This document shows, piece by piece, positions 10,001-18,115 of a stretch of DNA of 64,000 nt. The number at the start of each line of letters is the position of its first letter. Positions within the stretch are counted from its first letter, which is position 1. Source of the DNA: an uncultured Gammaproteobacteria bacterium (lineage in GTDB: Bacteria; Patescibacteriota; Microgenomatia; Levybacterales; UBA12049). Location of the stretch: the NCBI GenBank assembly GCA_964564035.1, contig CAZLZN010000004.1, positions 10,632-74,631 of the forward strand. The letters are read 5' to 3'. A program made the translations under genes and the position numbers. The notes below the pieces were generated by a model. The model had not been told where the DNA came from. It saw only the letters and a program-made list of their open reading frames with translations, and did no database searches.

Positions 10001-10564
10001 GAAGGTATAACTAAGCTCCGTTACTTCTCAATTGACAGAGCAGGAAATATGGAAGAGTCTAAAGAAATAACAATCAAAATAGATAAAACAGCGCCCGAGC
10101 TTATCATGCAGTTTGATCCTCAAACAAAAAAACTTGTAGGATCGGGAGAAGACATACATAGCGGAATTGAAAACGTAAATCAAACACAAACAGATTTAAC
10201 CGTAACAGACAAAGCAGGAAACACCTCACAATTTAGCTTTACATCTAAAACTGCAACAGTTCTGAAAATAACTACTCAGACAATGACTATTACAGAGCTC
10301 AAATATAACGATATTACAACGACTATCCCGAAAAGCTCGATCGCTGTAGCATGGACAGCGGGTAGCACAAATGAAATCAAATATCTGCTTCAGACATATC
10401 TTATCTCAAAACAGGAAGGAATCATTGCTCTTTACAATGCCGAAAAAAGCAAAACAACATCAATTGAGAAAACCGTCGGAAGCAATGTTACAAAAACAAC
10501 CGCGCCGGATATGAGTATCATAAAACTCAAATGCATTAACGGCTCGGTTAAGCTTTCATACTAG
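7022..10564 (+). CDS. large secreted multidomain protein: Kelch-type beta-propeller + LCAT/PGAP1-like alpha/beta-hydrolase lipase + Ig-like C-terminal domains
   Basis: Signal peptide (..IIPSVHAADG). Repeated ..YDP.T..WS..G.. Kelch-like blades. PT linker (PTPTSTPTPTATPTPTP). Lipase core: LPVILIPGIMGSEF, nucleophile elbow AHSMGG, then GDDTVP and NQGHNSLP as candidate Asp/His. The C-terminus has ..D.QAPVT..SGAGI..Y..IDRAGN.E..IDKTAPE.. Ig-like repeats. Confidence 0.8.
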   Translation: MIHLLKFLYLLPFNLLIFTLITSSIIPSVHAADGTGTWTQISDMPSSHSNASGIITLNSGKVLITTGTGQNGITSKSELFDPLTRTWSSTGDVNEGRNLYGNAIVKLPDGNIMIAGGEGPGVTDIGSVEIYDPQTESWSFTDPLATPRRYAAIVLENGKVLVTAGANGIPNNDRFLSSTEIYDPATDTWSSSGALNVAREGVIDIVLLKNGKVLLAGGYTLNDKMTNIAEIYDPATGIWSTSQIPVEGGWSGGSMTVLENGKVLLAGGVIGYWTNNTTATNKSWLYDPSNNTWSMTGSMSTNRNGHSSALLADGKVLMIGGGSNQTNIYDPARGTWALSKTTKYPAYNGIASLQNGDVLAIGGDPEGKSAELFTNEPVLPTPTSTPTPTATPTPTPKLPVILIPGIMGSEFEVKETIANSGIKQCLNPLEDYEYNQGDTVWLNQDINILRDNILCGKYLDILKMDENGNEIYPQIGLKNNLVTAKIFEQHIGYYDTIPFFLEKGYMLNKDFFIFPYDWRKDLTDNIFLLDEKINNATTSAGTTKAQIVAHSMGGLIARDFIRDPERAEKVDAIIELGTPHAGTPAFLAHLLYDKCIKHFGVCIINGEKINSLVQNFPGAHQLMPSKLYYELYFRPQDYPFKDSRDIDGNGVKDALNYDQANILLSNLGKNMNLINKAELYHDSLDTTYGNTNGVKTYIIAGSGQPTIGQIHDYYGFTLWNNRLELPFGEPKLDADAINGDDTVPILSATLGKLSNVFYVNQGHNSLPTGTAMSLAYNLLTAQSTDIPGVSTIPFAFSGQIISVHSPVLLHAYDSEGRHTGPRDDGTIELGIPGSSYDYLRDSKFIYLPEGENYNIKTKATDEGSFDLKIKKYSESALTKEHIFLAIPQTDETTSFMVLNTDTPELQVDKDNNGTVDLTLTSSSTLTGDDLTDTQAPVTTAALNGSQGANDWHTSDVTLSFTGEDSGAGILKTYYYKDTDQVLHDADAPITINTEGITKLRYFSIDRAGNMEESKEITIKIDKTAPELIMQFDPQTKKLVGSGEDIHSGIENVNQTQTDLTVTDKAGNTSQFSFTSKTATVLKITTQTMTITELKYNDITTTIPKSSIAVAWTAGSTNEIKYLLQTYLISKQEGIIALYNAEKSKTTSIEKTVGSNVTKTTAPDMSIIKLKCINGSVKLSY

Positions 10565-10643
10565 ACAAAAGATTATGACAATAAACATTTACAAAGAGAG
10601 GGGGTGGACTAAATTATTAAGGTAAACACTTAATAAAATCGTT

Positions 10644-10925
10644 ATGAGTGGCTCACCAATTGACAGTCCTAGTTTCGCAATTATAGTAATCTATTCATTA
10701 GTAGTCGCTCTTATAATCCCATTTCTCGTCGGATTCTTTATTTCTTTTTTTATTCTGAAGCGTGTTTTTATAGATAAAAAAAGCAAAAAGTACCCAATAA
10801 ATAAAAATATTCACATATTAATTATTTTGCTCGTTTCCGGGTTATTTGGATGGCTAACAGTAATATTTTTAGGAAACTATTTCGGAGATATTGGTAATTA
10901 TGTTATCGAATTTACATCAAAATAA
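10644..10925 (+). CDS. small membrane protein, paralog 1 of a local family
   Basis: Two or three TM helices. Shares the motif IPFLVGFFISFFILKRVFIDKKSKKY with ORF 11118..11384 (TPFLVGSLLSFFILKRIFIDKKKKKY). Confidence 0.6.
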   Translation: MSGSPIDSPSFAIIVIYSLVVALIIPFLVGFFISFFILKRVFIDKKSKKYPINKNIHILIILLVSGLFGWLTVIFLGNYFGDIGNYVIEFTSK

Positions 10926-11117
10926 TTGACGTATAATTACCTCGCCGAGCGCGATTACCACGCCATACGAGCATCACGGAACACACGGAAGCATGGATTA
11001 TGCTTGAGAAGATAAACAGGAATTAGTAATCCTGCAACTATTTACGGAGCAAGGAAGACTGAAGTATGGATATTAAGTTTATCAATAAATAGATCAAATG
11101 AGGAGAGGTGATAGCAT

Positions 11118-11384
11118 ATGTTTTTTCCTGGTGAGGAGGGGATTGTATTGATAATCATTGTTGGGTTTCTCTTCGCGATACTAACTCCGTTTCTTGTCGG
11201 ATCTTTACTTTCTTTTTTTATACTGAAACGAATTTTTATCGACAAAAAAAAGAAAAAGTATTTAAAAGACAAACAAGCGCGAATCATAATTTCAATATTT
11301 ATATCAATATTATTTGGATACTTATCAATTGTATTTTTTGGTGAAGAAATAAATAAATATATTATTAATTTATTATCGAGATAA
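11118..11384 (+). CDS. small membrane protein, paralog 2
   Basis: Paralog of 10644..10925 (same PFLVG..SFFILKR.FIDKK.KKY core). A strong SD-like GAGGAGAGGTGA lies 6 nt upstream of the ATG. Confidence 0.6.
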   Translation: MFFPGEEGIVLIIIVGFLFAILTPFLVGSLLSFFILKRIFIDKKKKKYLKDKQARIIISIFISILFGYLSIVFFGEEINKYIINLLSR

Positions 11385-11508
11385 CTACTACCTACTATAC
11401 ATCTGATAATTTGCCTTAGATTTAAGTATAAAATACTAATATTATGTAATATACGGGGAGAGGAGGTGAAGCAAATTATTAGGTAATTAAACCTTAATTT
11501 AAAAAATT

Positions 11509-11753
11509 ATGACTTTAGGATATGGATATGGTATAGCAGTAATATATTCAATTGTAGCGTCCTTGTAATTCCCTTTCTAGTCGGATTCTTTATTTCATTT
11601 TTTATACTGAAGTGCATTCTGTCTCACAAAAAGAATAGATTTTATGTAAGATCACCTAAAAAACGTATTGTATTAGTGCTTGCTCTTGCATCTATAATTG
11701 GATTTTTGTGTTTTTATATACCATACACTTTACGGTTATCGGGATATTTATGA
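11509..11753 (+). pseudogene. small membrane protein, paralog 3, frameshifted
   Basis: ATG 11509 runs into TAA at 11566-11568. The conserved core (VIPFLVGFFISFFILKC..) is read in another frame up to TGA 11751-11753. Alignment to paralog 1 DNA shows a 1-nt deletion (gtagtcgctctt vs gtagcgtcctt). The upstream leader is homologous to that of paralog 1. Confidence 0.55.
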
Positions 11754-11761
11754 TATATAGT

Positions 11762-11984
11762 GATGATGCTATCCAGATCTGGAACGTACTCTTGACCTGC
11801 CCGGTAATAATCAACGCCTATGTGATAAACAGGACAACCACACAGGCCCCAAAGAGGACGGTGCATTAGAAGTCGGTAGCCCCGGTTCGTCATATGACTA
11901 TCTAAGAGGTTCTAAATTTATTGATCTTCCGGAAGGCGGAAACTACACTGTCCAAAACAAAAGCAACAAATGAGGGAAGCTGTG
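11762..11984 (+). pseudogene. decayed fragment homologous to the lipase-domain region of the 7022..10564 gene
   Basis: The DNA aligns by eye to ~9239..9620 of the large gene, with an internal deletion. For example, ccccggttcgtcatatgactatctaagaggttctaaatttattgatcttccggaaggcggaaactac matches ccccggctcgtcctatgactatctgagggattctaaatttatctatctgccggaaggcgaaaactat. The fragment contains stops and has no start. Confidence 0.6.
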
Positions 11985-12059
11985 AAAACTCATACTGTAA
12001 ACGGCATGTTTTTTGCTGCAGCACAAGCTACCACAGGTGGGATATAGAAAATTCGACCC

Positions 12060-14501
12060 TTGATGTCCGCTAAACGACTAGCCATTATCGTCTTGATATG
12101 TGCTATTTGTATCTTGTATGCTGTATGTATGAAGCTGAAGATTCTTCTGGGCCTGGTATTAGTTTTTGTTTTTCTAGGCTCAAAAAATTTTGCATACTCA
12201 CAAAATATAAATATTACCGCATCAGTCAATCCCGACGCGAACGATCTGCAGTTTGATTTTGAAGCCTTAACAGCACAGGAAGTTTTCCCGCAAAACTCTA
12301 CTATTGAATATCAGTTAACTTACGGCTCCAATGCGTTTTCTCCGATACCAATAACTCTGGAGGCAAACTGGGAAGAGGGGACTATCGAGAATACAATGAC
12401 GTCAGTTGGGGTTGTTAATTATGTTGATGGCAGTGCAACAAATGCATATGGAAATACTCAGCCCGTTATAGATTTGATAAATAACAGAATTACCTGGACA
12501 ATTTCGTCCTACCCGGGTCAGACAAATGATGAGATAGTAAAATATAGCGTTAGGACTAATAACTCTTACAAGGGGAGCAATTTGGTAAATTTCTTAAATA
12601 AAGCAAAGCTAACTTCTGTAAGCCTGGAGCTTGCCGAAATAAGTATAGGAAAAAAATATTTATATAACTCATCACTTGAGCCGGCCGCAACTCTTGCGCC
12701 GACCTCAAATCAGGCTTCTCAGAATTCAACCAATGCAACTAATACTCCGGTGCCTGCTATAAATAATCTAAGCCCAACTCTGCCGATCAGGACGCCTGCC
12801 GGTTTTAAGCCGCAAATTACCCAAATCTTACTGCGAACTGTTACGGCTAATATGCTGAAAATTTATATAGAGACGGATACTGGTTCAAGAATGAATTTAT
12901 TTTTTGGGCACGATAAAAGAAGCCTTAATCGGATAATCAATAATCAGCGCTTTACTACAAATAATGAATTTATTATTGAAGATTTGGAACCAGATACCGA
13001 GTACTTTATTATGATTGAAGCGGCAAATCGAAGAGGCGAAGTATTTAAATCAGATATATATACTTTTAGAACTGCAAAAGCATCTGACTACATTAGTATT
13101 GCGGGGAACTCGATAATTATAACCAGCGAAAATAATATACTTACAAATCCCAAGAATCTGGAGGCGAGCAGCATAGGTAATTTACCGGTAATAGTATTGC
13201 CGTCTAACCAAATTTTTGAATTTAAATTCAATCTAGACCGTCTAATCTCTACAAAAAGGGTGCAGATTTTTATCCGCAATAAAGATGTTCTGGGTATAAA
13301 TACGTATTCAAATATGCACAATATGGGCGGGATAATCGCTATAGATGCCATAGAAATATCGCAGGGTGTTTATGCGGGATCCCTAAGCACCCCTGATGCT
13401 CCGGGAAATTATGAGGTAATAGCCAGAATATCCGACCGGGACGGGAATATTATTGAACAAAAATTGGCTGACCTGAGGGTGTCAAAAAAAATGAAAGTAA
13501 TCAATTCCAGTACTAAAAAACCGGTTGAGGGAGCAAGGATCTATTTGAGTTATTTTAATCCAACAAGTAAAAACTATGTGATGCTGCCCTCTCAATTGTT
13601 TCGCTTTAAAAATCCTATGCATACAAACATAAATGGCGAATTAGATATTGCGCTTGCAGAGGGTAAATACCTGGCAGAAGTCAGCGCGATCGGGTATGAA
13701 AATAATAAAACCGAGTTTGTTATCGGAATGAATCCAAACGAGGATTATCCGGAAATTGTGCTCAAGGAGGAACCGTTTAATATATTATCTACATCAATAC
13801 ACTTCTGGTCGATTTTTATAGATGCAGTTAGCGAGACTAAGCAGTATATACAAAATTTATCAAATTCCAACAGGTTTTTTGAATTTAATGCTTTGATTTC
13901 ACTGGGGATTCTTGTCGTTTTTACGATGTACTCATTTTTATCAAAATTTAACATACCATTAGGCTCATTTTTTGCCTATATTACGCATCATACAAAAACC
14001 GCCGCGGGCGATGCCGGTTCACGCGGAATCATTTGGTATAAGCTCTATGATAATATTGTTAAACACGAAATAAGCGGAGCAGATGTTTATTTGATTGATA
14101 AAAATAAAAACAAGGTGTTGAATCACATTAAAACGGATAGTAAAGGCGAATTCAGGCTAGGAGTAATTTGGGACCGGGACTACTTGATTGAAATCATGAA
14201 AGACGGCTATCAACCGTTATTCTACGACGTGGAGCATGCCAAGCCGGATAATGATCACCCAAGCATTATATTCTATAATGATAAAATTTCGATAAATAAA
14301 GCCGTAAAGAACTTAAAAAGAGTATTTAAGAATTTCGCAGGATTTATTTTCGAAATACTTCTCTCAGCTTCTCTGATATTTGAACTATCACTAGGGCTCA
14401 GCCTAGGGTGGATGAAAACTTTGCCATTTATCACTGTTTCAATAATTAATATTCTTATATGGTTTTTGATACTTTATTCTAAAAGACAAGTGTATCGGTA
14501 A
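12060..14501 (+). CDS. large surface/membrane protein with FN3-like and carboxypeptidase-regulatory-like domains and C-terminal TM helices
   Basis: The start is more likely ATG 12129 (MKLKILLGLVLVFVFLGSKNFAYSQ signal peptide). FN3-like segment ..LEPDTEYFIMIEAANRRGEVFKSDIYTFRT... CarboxypepD_reg-like segments (..GARIYLSYFNP..NGELDIALAEGKYLAEVSAIGYE.. and ..GADVYLIDKNK..TDSKGEFRL..). Several hydrophobic helices. Confidence 0.75.
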   Translation: MMSAKRLAIIVLICAICILYAVCMKLKILLGLVLVFVFLGSKNFAYSQNINITASVNPDANDLQFDFEALTAQEVFPQNSTIEYQLTYGSNAFSPIPITLEANWEEGTIENTMTSVGVVNYVDGSATNAYGNTQPVIDLINNRITWTISSYPGQTNDEIVKYSVRTNNSYKGSNLVNFLNKAKLTSVSLELAEISIGKKYLYNSSLEPAATLAPTSNQASQNSTNATNTPVPAINNLSPTLPIRTPAGFKPQITQILLRTVTANMLKIYIETDTGSRMNLFFGHDKRSLNRIINNQRFTTNNEFIIEDLEPDTEYFIMIEAANRRGEVFKSDIYTFRTAKASDYISIAGNSIIITSENNILTNPKNLEASSIGNLPVIVLPSNQIFEFKFNLDRLISTKRVQIFIRNKDVLGINTYSNMHNMGGIIAIDAIEISQGVYAGSLSTPDAPGNYEVIARISDRDGNIIEQKLADLRVSKKMKVINSSTKKPVEGARIYLSYFNPTSKNYVMLPSQLFRFKNPMHTNINGELDIALAEGKYLAEVSAIGYENNKTEFVIGMNPNEDYPEIVLKEEPFNILSTSIHFWSIFIDAVSETKQYIQNLSNSNRFFEFNALISLGILVVFTMYSFLSKFNIPLGSFFAYITHHTKTAAGDAGSRGIIWYKLYDNIVKHEISGADVYLIDKNKNKVLNHIKTDSKGEFRLGVIWDRDYLIEIMKDGYQPLFYDVEHAKPDNDHPSIIFYNDKISINKAVKNLKRVFKNFAGFIFEILLSASLIFELSLGLSLGWMKTLPFITVSIINILIWFLILYSKRQVYR

Positions 14502-14512
14502 ATTGTCGAAAG

Positions 14513-15508
14513 TTAGCGGTCTATAGTAGATACATATTTATATATAGTCCTGGATAAATGTTTCATTCTTTCGCGTGCTGTATTTTCGTCACTTACCGAA
14601 AACATGCACAATAAATACGGCCTTCTGGGTTCATAAACAATTCCACAATCCCTGAAGCCCTGAGTGCCGTCTTTGGCTTCAAAGTCACCAATCTTATGCG
14701 CTACAGGAATTTGAGGGGGGACGCCAGCGGCAAGCTTATCCGAGAATTTGGTTTTTGTAAGTAAGTCCAAAATTTCATTCGAAGAATCTTTGCTCAAAAC
14801 TGACGAGAAATAAAGCGCTTTCAGAATGGATGAGTAGTTCTTAGCCGATATCAACGCTCCGGCGTTATCTGATCTAAGATCAATATCCAAAGCCTGGTAA
14901 ACTTCATTGAAGTCTTCATCTTTGATATACGGAGATAGCATTTTTACTGCGGTATTATCGGATTCTTCAAGTGTTAGCCGAACAACCTCCGATGTTTTTA
15001 ATTTCGTCCCTACTCCTCTCTGCCATAAATCACCAAAGTTTTTATCGATGTGTTCTTCCATCAATACAAGCTCGGGATCTCCCTGCATTTTGGTTCTTTC
15101 TTTGTAATGATAATATGCCATAACTACAGGAACTTTGAATAGAGACGCGGCGTAAAACTCGACTTTCTCATTTACGCCAATTGATGTGCCGGTTGGGAGA
15201 TATTCAAAATAAAAGCCAAAAGTGAGACCATACGGTTTCACCTGCTCACGAAGCTGCGTTCTGAGTTCGAGATAATTTATCAATAGATCCTGGGGAAATT
15301 CCTGATGTATTCTTTTTGAAAGTAATGGATATTTTAGCTCTGCGGCAGATACATTGTTTGCCTGATTAACTTCATCATGGTTGCTGAAATAATATATAAT
15401 AAAACCGATATTGGCAAGCAAGCTGAGGGTTAGTATATAAAGAAAAATATTTTTTTTACGCATAAAAACCGGATGGTTGGCATAGAACTCAGGCCTTAAC
15501 ATCCTCAT
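14513..15508 (-). CDS. membrane-anchored serine hydrolase, class A beta-lactamase-like fold
   Basis: N-terminal TM helix. SxxK (AASLFKV), SDN (EESDNTA) and a KTG-like HKIGD motif occur in the expected order. Confidence 0.7.
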   Translation of the reverse strand: MRMLRPEFYANHPVFMRKKNIFLYILTLSLLANIGFIIYYFSNHDEVNQANNVSAAELKYPLLSKRIHQEFPQDLLINYLELRTQLREQVKPYGLTFGFYFEYLPTGTSIGVNEKVEFYAASLFKVPVVMAYYHYKERTKMQGDPELVLMEEHIDKNFGDLWQRGVGTKLKTSEVVRLTLEESDNTAVKMLSPYIKDEDFNEVYQALDIDLRSDNAGALISAKNYSSILKALYFSSVLSKDSSNEILDLLTKTKFSDKLAAGVPPQIPVAHKIGDFEAKDGTQGFRDCGIVYEPRRPYLLCMFSVSDENTARERMKHLSRTIYKYVSTIDR

Positions 15509-15562
15509 CGATATTTATTATAATCATAAATGTGATGATTTATAAACAGGTAAAATAAGTTC

Positions 15563-16384
15563 ATGAATTTTCTCTATAAACTACAAGCCCTTTCAATAAA
15601 AAACAACTCGCTTGTTTGCGTAGGACTCGACAGTGACGCTAATAAAATACCACAGCAAATTAAAAAAGGTGATTATTCAATTTTTGAATTTAATAAGAGA
15701 ATTATTGACAGTACTCATGACCTTGTATGCGCATATAAGCCGAATTCTGCTTTCTATGAAGCATTTGGAAATAAGGGTCTGGTCGAGTTAAAGATGACTT
15801 GTGATTATATTAAGCATAAATATTCGGAAATACCAATAATCCTGGACGCGAAACGCGCGGATATTGGAAATACAAACAAAGGTTATATCAGATATGCATT
15901 TGATTATCTGGCTGCGGATGCGATTACTTTGAATCCTTATCTTGGCCGCGAGGCTCTAGCGCCGTTTCTTAATCTTTCGGAGAAAGGATGTGTTATTTTA
16001 TGTAAGACGTCTAATGCGGGGGCAGGGGAGCTTCAAGATTTGATTGTGGAGGGCGAACCGTTATATTTAAGAGTTGCCAAAAAAGTCTCATCAGAATGGA
16101 ACAAGAATAATAATTGCCTACTTGTAGCAGGCGCCACTTATCCTACCGAACTTAAGGCTATAAGAGAGGCGGCGGGGGATATGTTTTTGCTCGTTCCTGG
16201 TGTAGGCGCGCAAGGAGGGGATATAAAATCATTTGTTACAGCAGGTTTAAATTCCAAAAACTCAGGCTTGATTATTAATTCTTCAAGAGCTATTATTTAC
16301 GCATCAAGCGGGGAGGATTTTGCGATTAAAGCGCGTGAAGAAGCAAAGAAATTAAGAGATCAGATCAATAAATATCGAATCTGA
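15563..16384 (+). CDS. pyrF: orotidine 5'-phosphate decarboxylase (type 2)
   Basis: ..VCVGLDSD.., ..ILDAKRADIGNT.., and ..LLVPGVGAQGG... Adjacent to pyrE. Confidence 0.9.
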   Translation: MNFLYKLQALSIKNNSLVCVGLDSDANKIPQQIKKGDYSIFEFNKRIIDSTHDLVCAYKPNSAFYEAFGNKGLVELKMTCDYIKHKYSEIPIILDAKRADIGNTNKGYIRYAFDYLAADAITLNPYLGREALAPFLNLSEKGCVILCKTSNAGAGELQDLIVEGEPLYLRVAKKVSSEWNKNNNCLLVAGATYPTELKAIREAAGDMFLLVPGVGAQGGDIKSFVTAGLNSKNSGLIINSSRAIIYASSGEDFAIKAREEAKKLRDQINKYRI

Positions 16385-16409
16385 AAGCCTTAATTAATGA
16401 TTCTAACTT

Positions 16410-17042
16410 ATGGATAACGAGGTTTTAGAAATACTTAAAAAGACAAATACGATTAACGACAATAGTCATTTTGTTTATACATCAGGCAAGCATGCCAAGT
16501 CTTACGTTAATAAAGACGCGATTTTTCCTCATACCAAATACACATCGAGAATCGCGGAGCTTATTGCCGAAAAATTCCGGGACTCTGCAATTGACGTAGT
16601 TGCAGGGCCATCGCTCGGAGGAATTATTTTGTCACAGTGGACAGCCTATCATCTGTCTAAATTAAAGAGCAAAGAAATTCTCAGTGTCTATACAGAAAAA
16701 ACCACTGACAAAGACCAGATATTAACGAGGGGATATGATAAGCTGGTAAAGAATAAAAACGTACTTATAGTTGAGGATATTGTTACAACAGGCGGTTCTG
16801 TAAAAAAAGTTATTAAGAGTATTTTAAGAGCCGGAGGTAAAGTTACAGCGGTTTGTTCAATTGTTAATAAAGATCCAGAACATATTGATCCTGATTATAT
16901 CGGCGCTCCATATGTTTATTTAACGACTTATGACACGCAGGTTTATGATGAAAAAGATTGTCCGCTTTGTAGACAGAATATTCCTATAAATACAACTCTT
17001 GGACATGGAAAAAAATATCTGGAAGGTAAAATAGGTAATTGA
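16410..17042 (+). CDS. pyrE: orotate phosphoribosyltransferase
   Basis: PRPP-binding loop VLIVEDIVTTGGS in a type I PRTase fold. Follows pyrF. Confidence 0.85.
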   Translation: MDNEVLEILKKTNTINDNSHFVYTSGKHAKSYVNKDAIFPHTKYTSRIAELIAEKFRDSAIDVVAGPSLGGIILSQWTAYHLSKLKSKEILSVYTEKTTDKDQILTRGYDKLVKNKNVLIVEDIVTTGGSVKKVIKSILRAGGKVTAVCSIVNKDPEHIDPDYIGAPYVYLTTYDTQVYDEKDCPLCRQNIPINTTLGHGKKYLEGKIGN

Positions 17043-17073
17043 CAAAAGTGAAAAAATATCGTTCAATAGTATT

Positions 17074-17835
17074 ATGCATACTGCCAGCCGACCAATAATC
17101 GTTTCGCTTGTAACAGTTTTATTTGTTTTTATATGTCTTACCTTATTTTTTAAGCTTTTCGGTCCCATCCCGTTTTTTGTCCAGAATGTAACTACGACTA
17201 AAGAGTCACTTTTCATGGCTGAGGGCACCGGTGAAGTTACGATAATTCCGGACACAGCGCTTATCTCATTTGGTGTTACAAAAACAGCTTCAACAGTCGA
17301 ACAGGCTAAAAACGATGTAAATACTATATCTAATAAAATTACAGAGGATTTGAAAAAGCTTGGTGTGGATGTCAAGAATATTAAGACCACAAATTACTCG
17401 GTTAATCCGCAATATGACTATTCCAGAGGGGGCCAAAGGATAACAGGGTACACTGTTGATACCAATATTCAAGTTAAGCTGCAACCAATTGACAAAGCAA
17501 ATGATGCTGTCGATATCGCGACAGCAGACGGCGCAAACCAAGTAGGTGGTATCCAGTTCGTCGTTGACGATAAAAAACAAAAAGAACTGGAAAATGAAGC
17601 GAGAAAGCTTGCGATCGAGGACGCCAAAGACAAAGCAAAAAGTATTGCCGATGCAGCGGGAATTAAGTTGGGTAGAATTGTCGATGTGAGAGTGAACCCG
17701 ATCAATAATTTTGCTCCAATGCCGGTCATGAGAGATCTTGCAATGGGTAACGCAGAAAAAGCTCCCGAGACACAGCTTAATCCCGGCGAGAACAAGGTCA
17801 TGATGACCGTCAGCCTCTCCTACGAGACCTATTAA
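17074..17835 (+). CDS. SIMPL domain (DUF541) protein
   Basis: N-terminal TM helix, then a pattern typical of SIMPL/26 kDa periplasmic immunogenic proteins (..GYTVDTNIQVKL.. ..AKDKAKSIADAAGIKLGRIV..LNPGE..V..V..). Confidence 0.8.
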   Translation: MHTASRPIIVSLVTVLFVFICLTLFFKLFGPIPFFVQNVTTTKESLFMAEGTGEVTIIPDTALISFGVTKTASTVEQAKNDVNTISNKITEDLKKLGVDVKNIKTTNYSVNPQYDYSRGGQRITGYTVDTNIQVKLQPIDKANDAVDIATADGANQVGGIQFVVDDKKQKELENEARKLAIEDAKDKAKSIADAAGIKLGRIVDVRVNPINNFAPMPVMRDLAMGNAEKAPETQLNPGENKVMMTVSLSYETY

Positions 17836-18115
17836 TATTTGTCATTTGCCATTGATCCATCCGGCATTTGCTTATAATTTATTTAATAAACTGCGACTGA
17901 AATTGTTTGTGATTTATTGGAAATATTTTACTTACAATCATGCATTAATGCCTGATCTGAATATATATATTATTTCGTGAATAATCTAAGCGCGTTTATA
18001 TACATTAGAATAAGTAAACTAGAGAGATGGGGGGTAATTATATTTGGGGGATATAATCTATGACTTAACCATTCATCGTTAACAAAGCCGCGGAGAGTAT
18101 TGTAGAATTTAAAAT

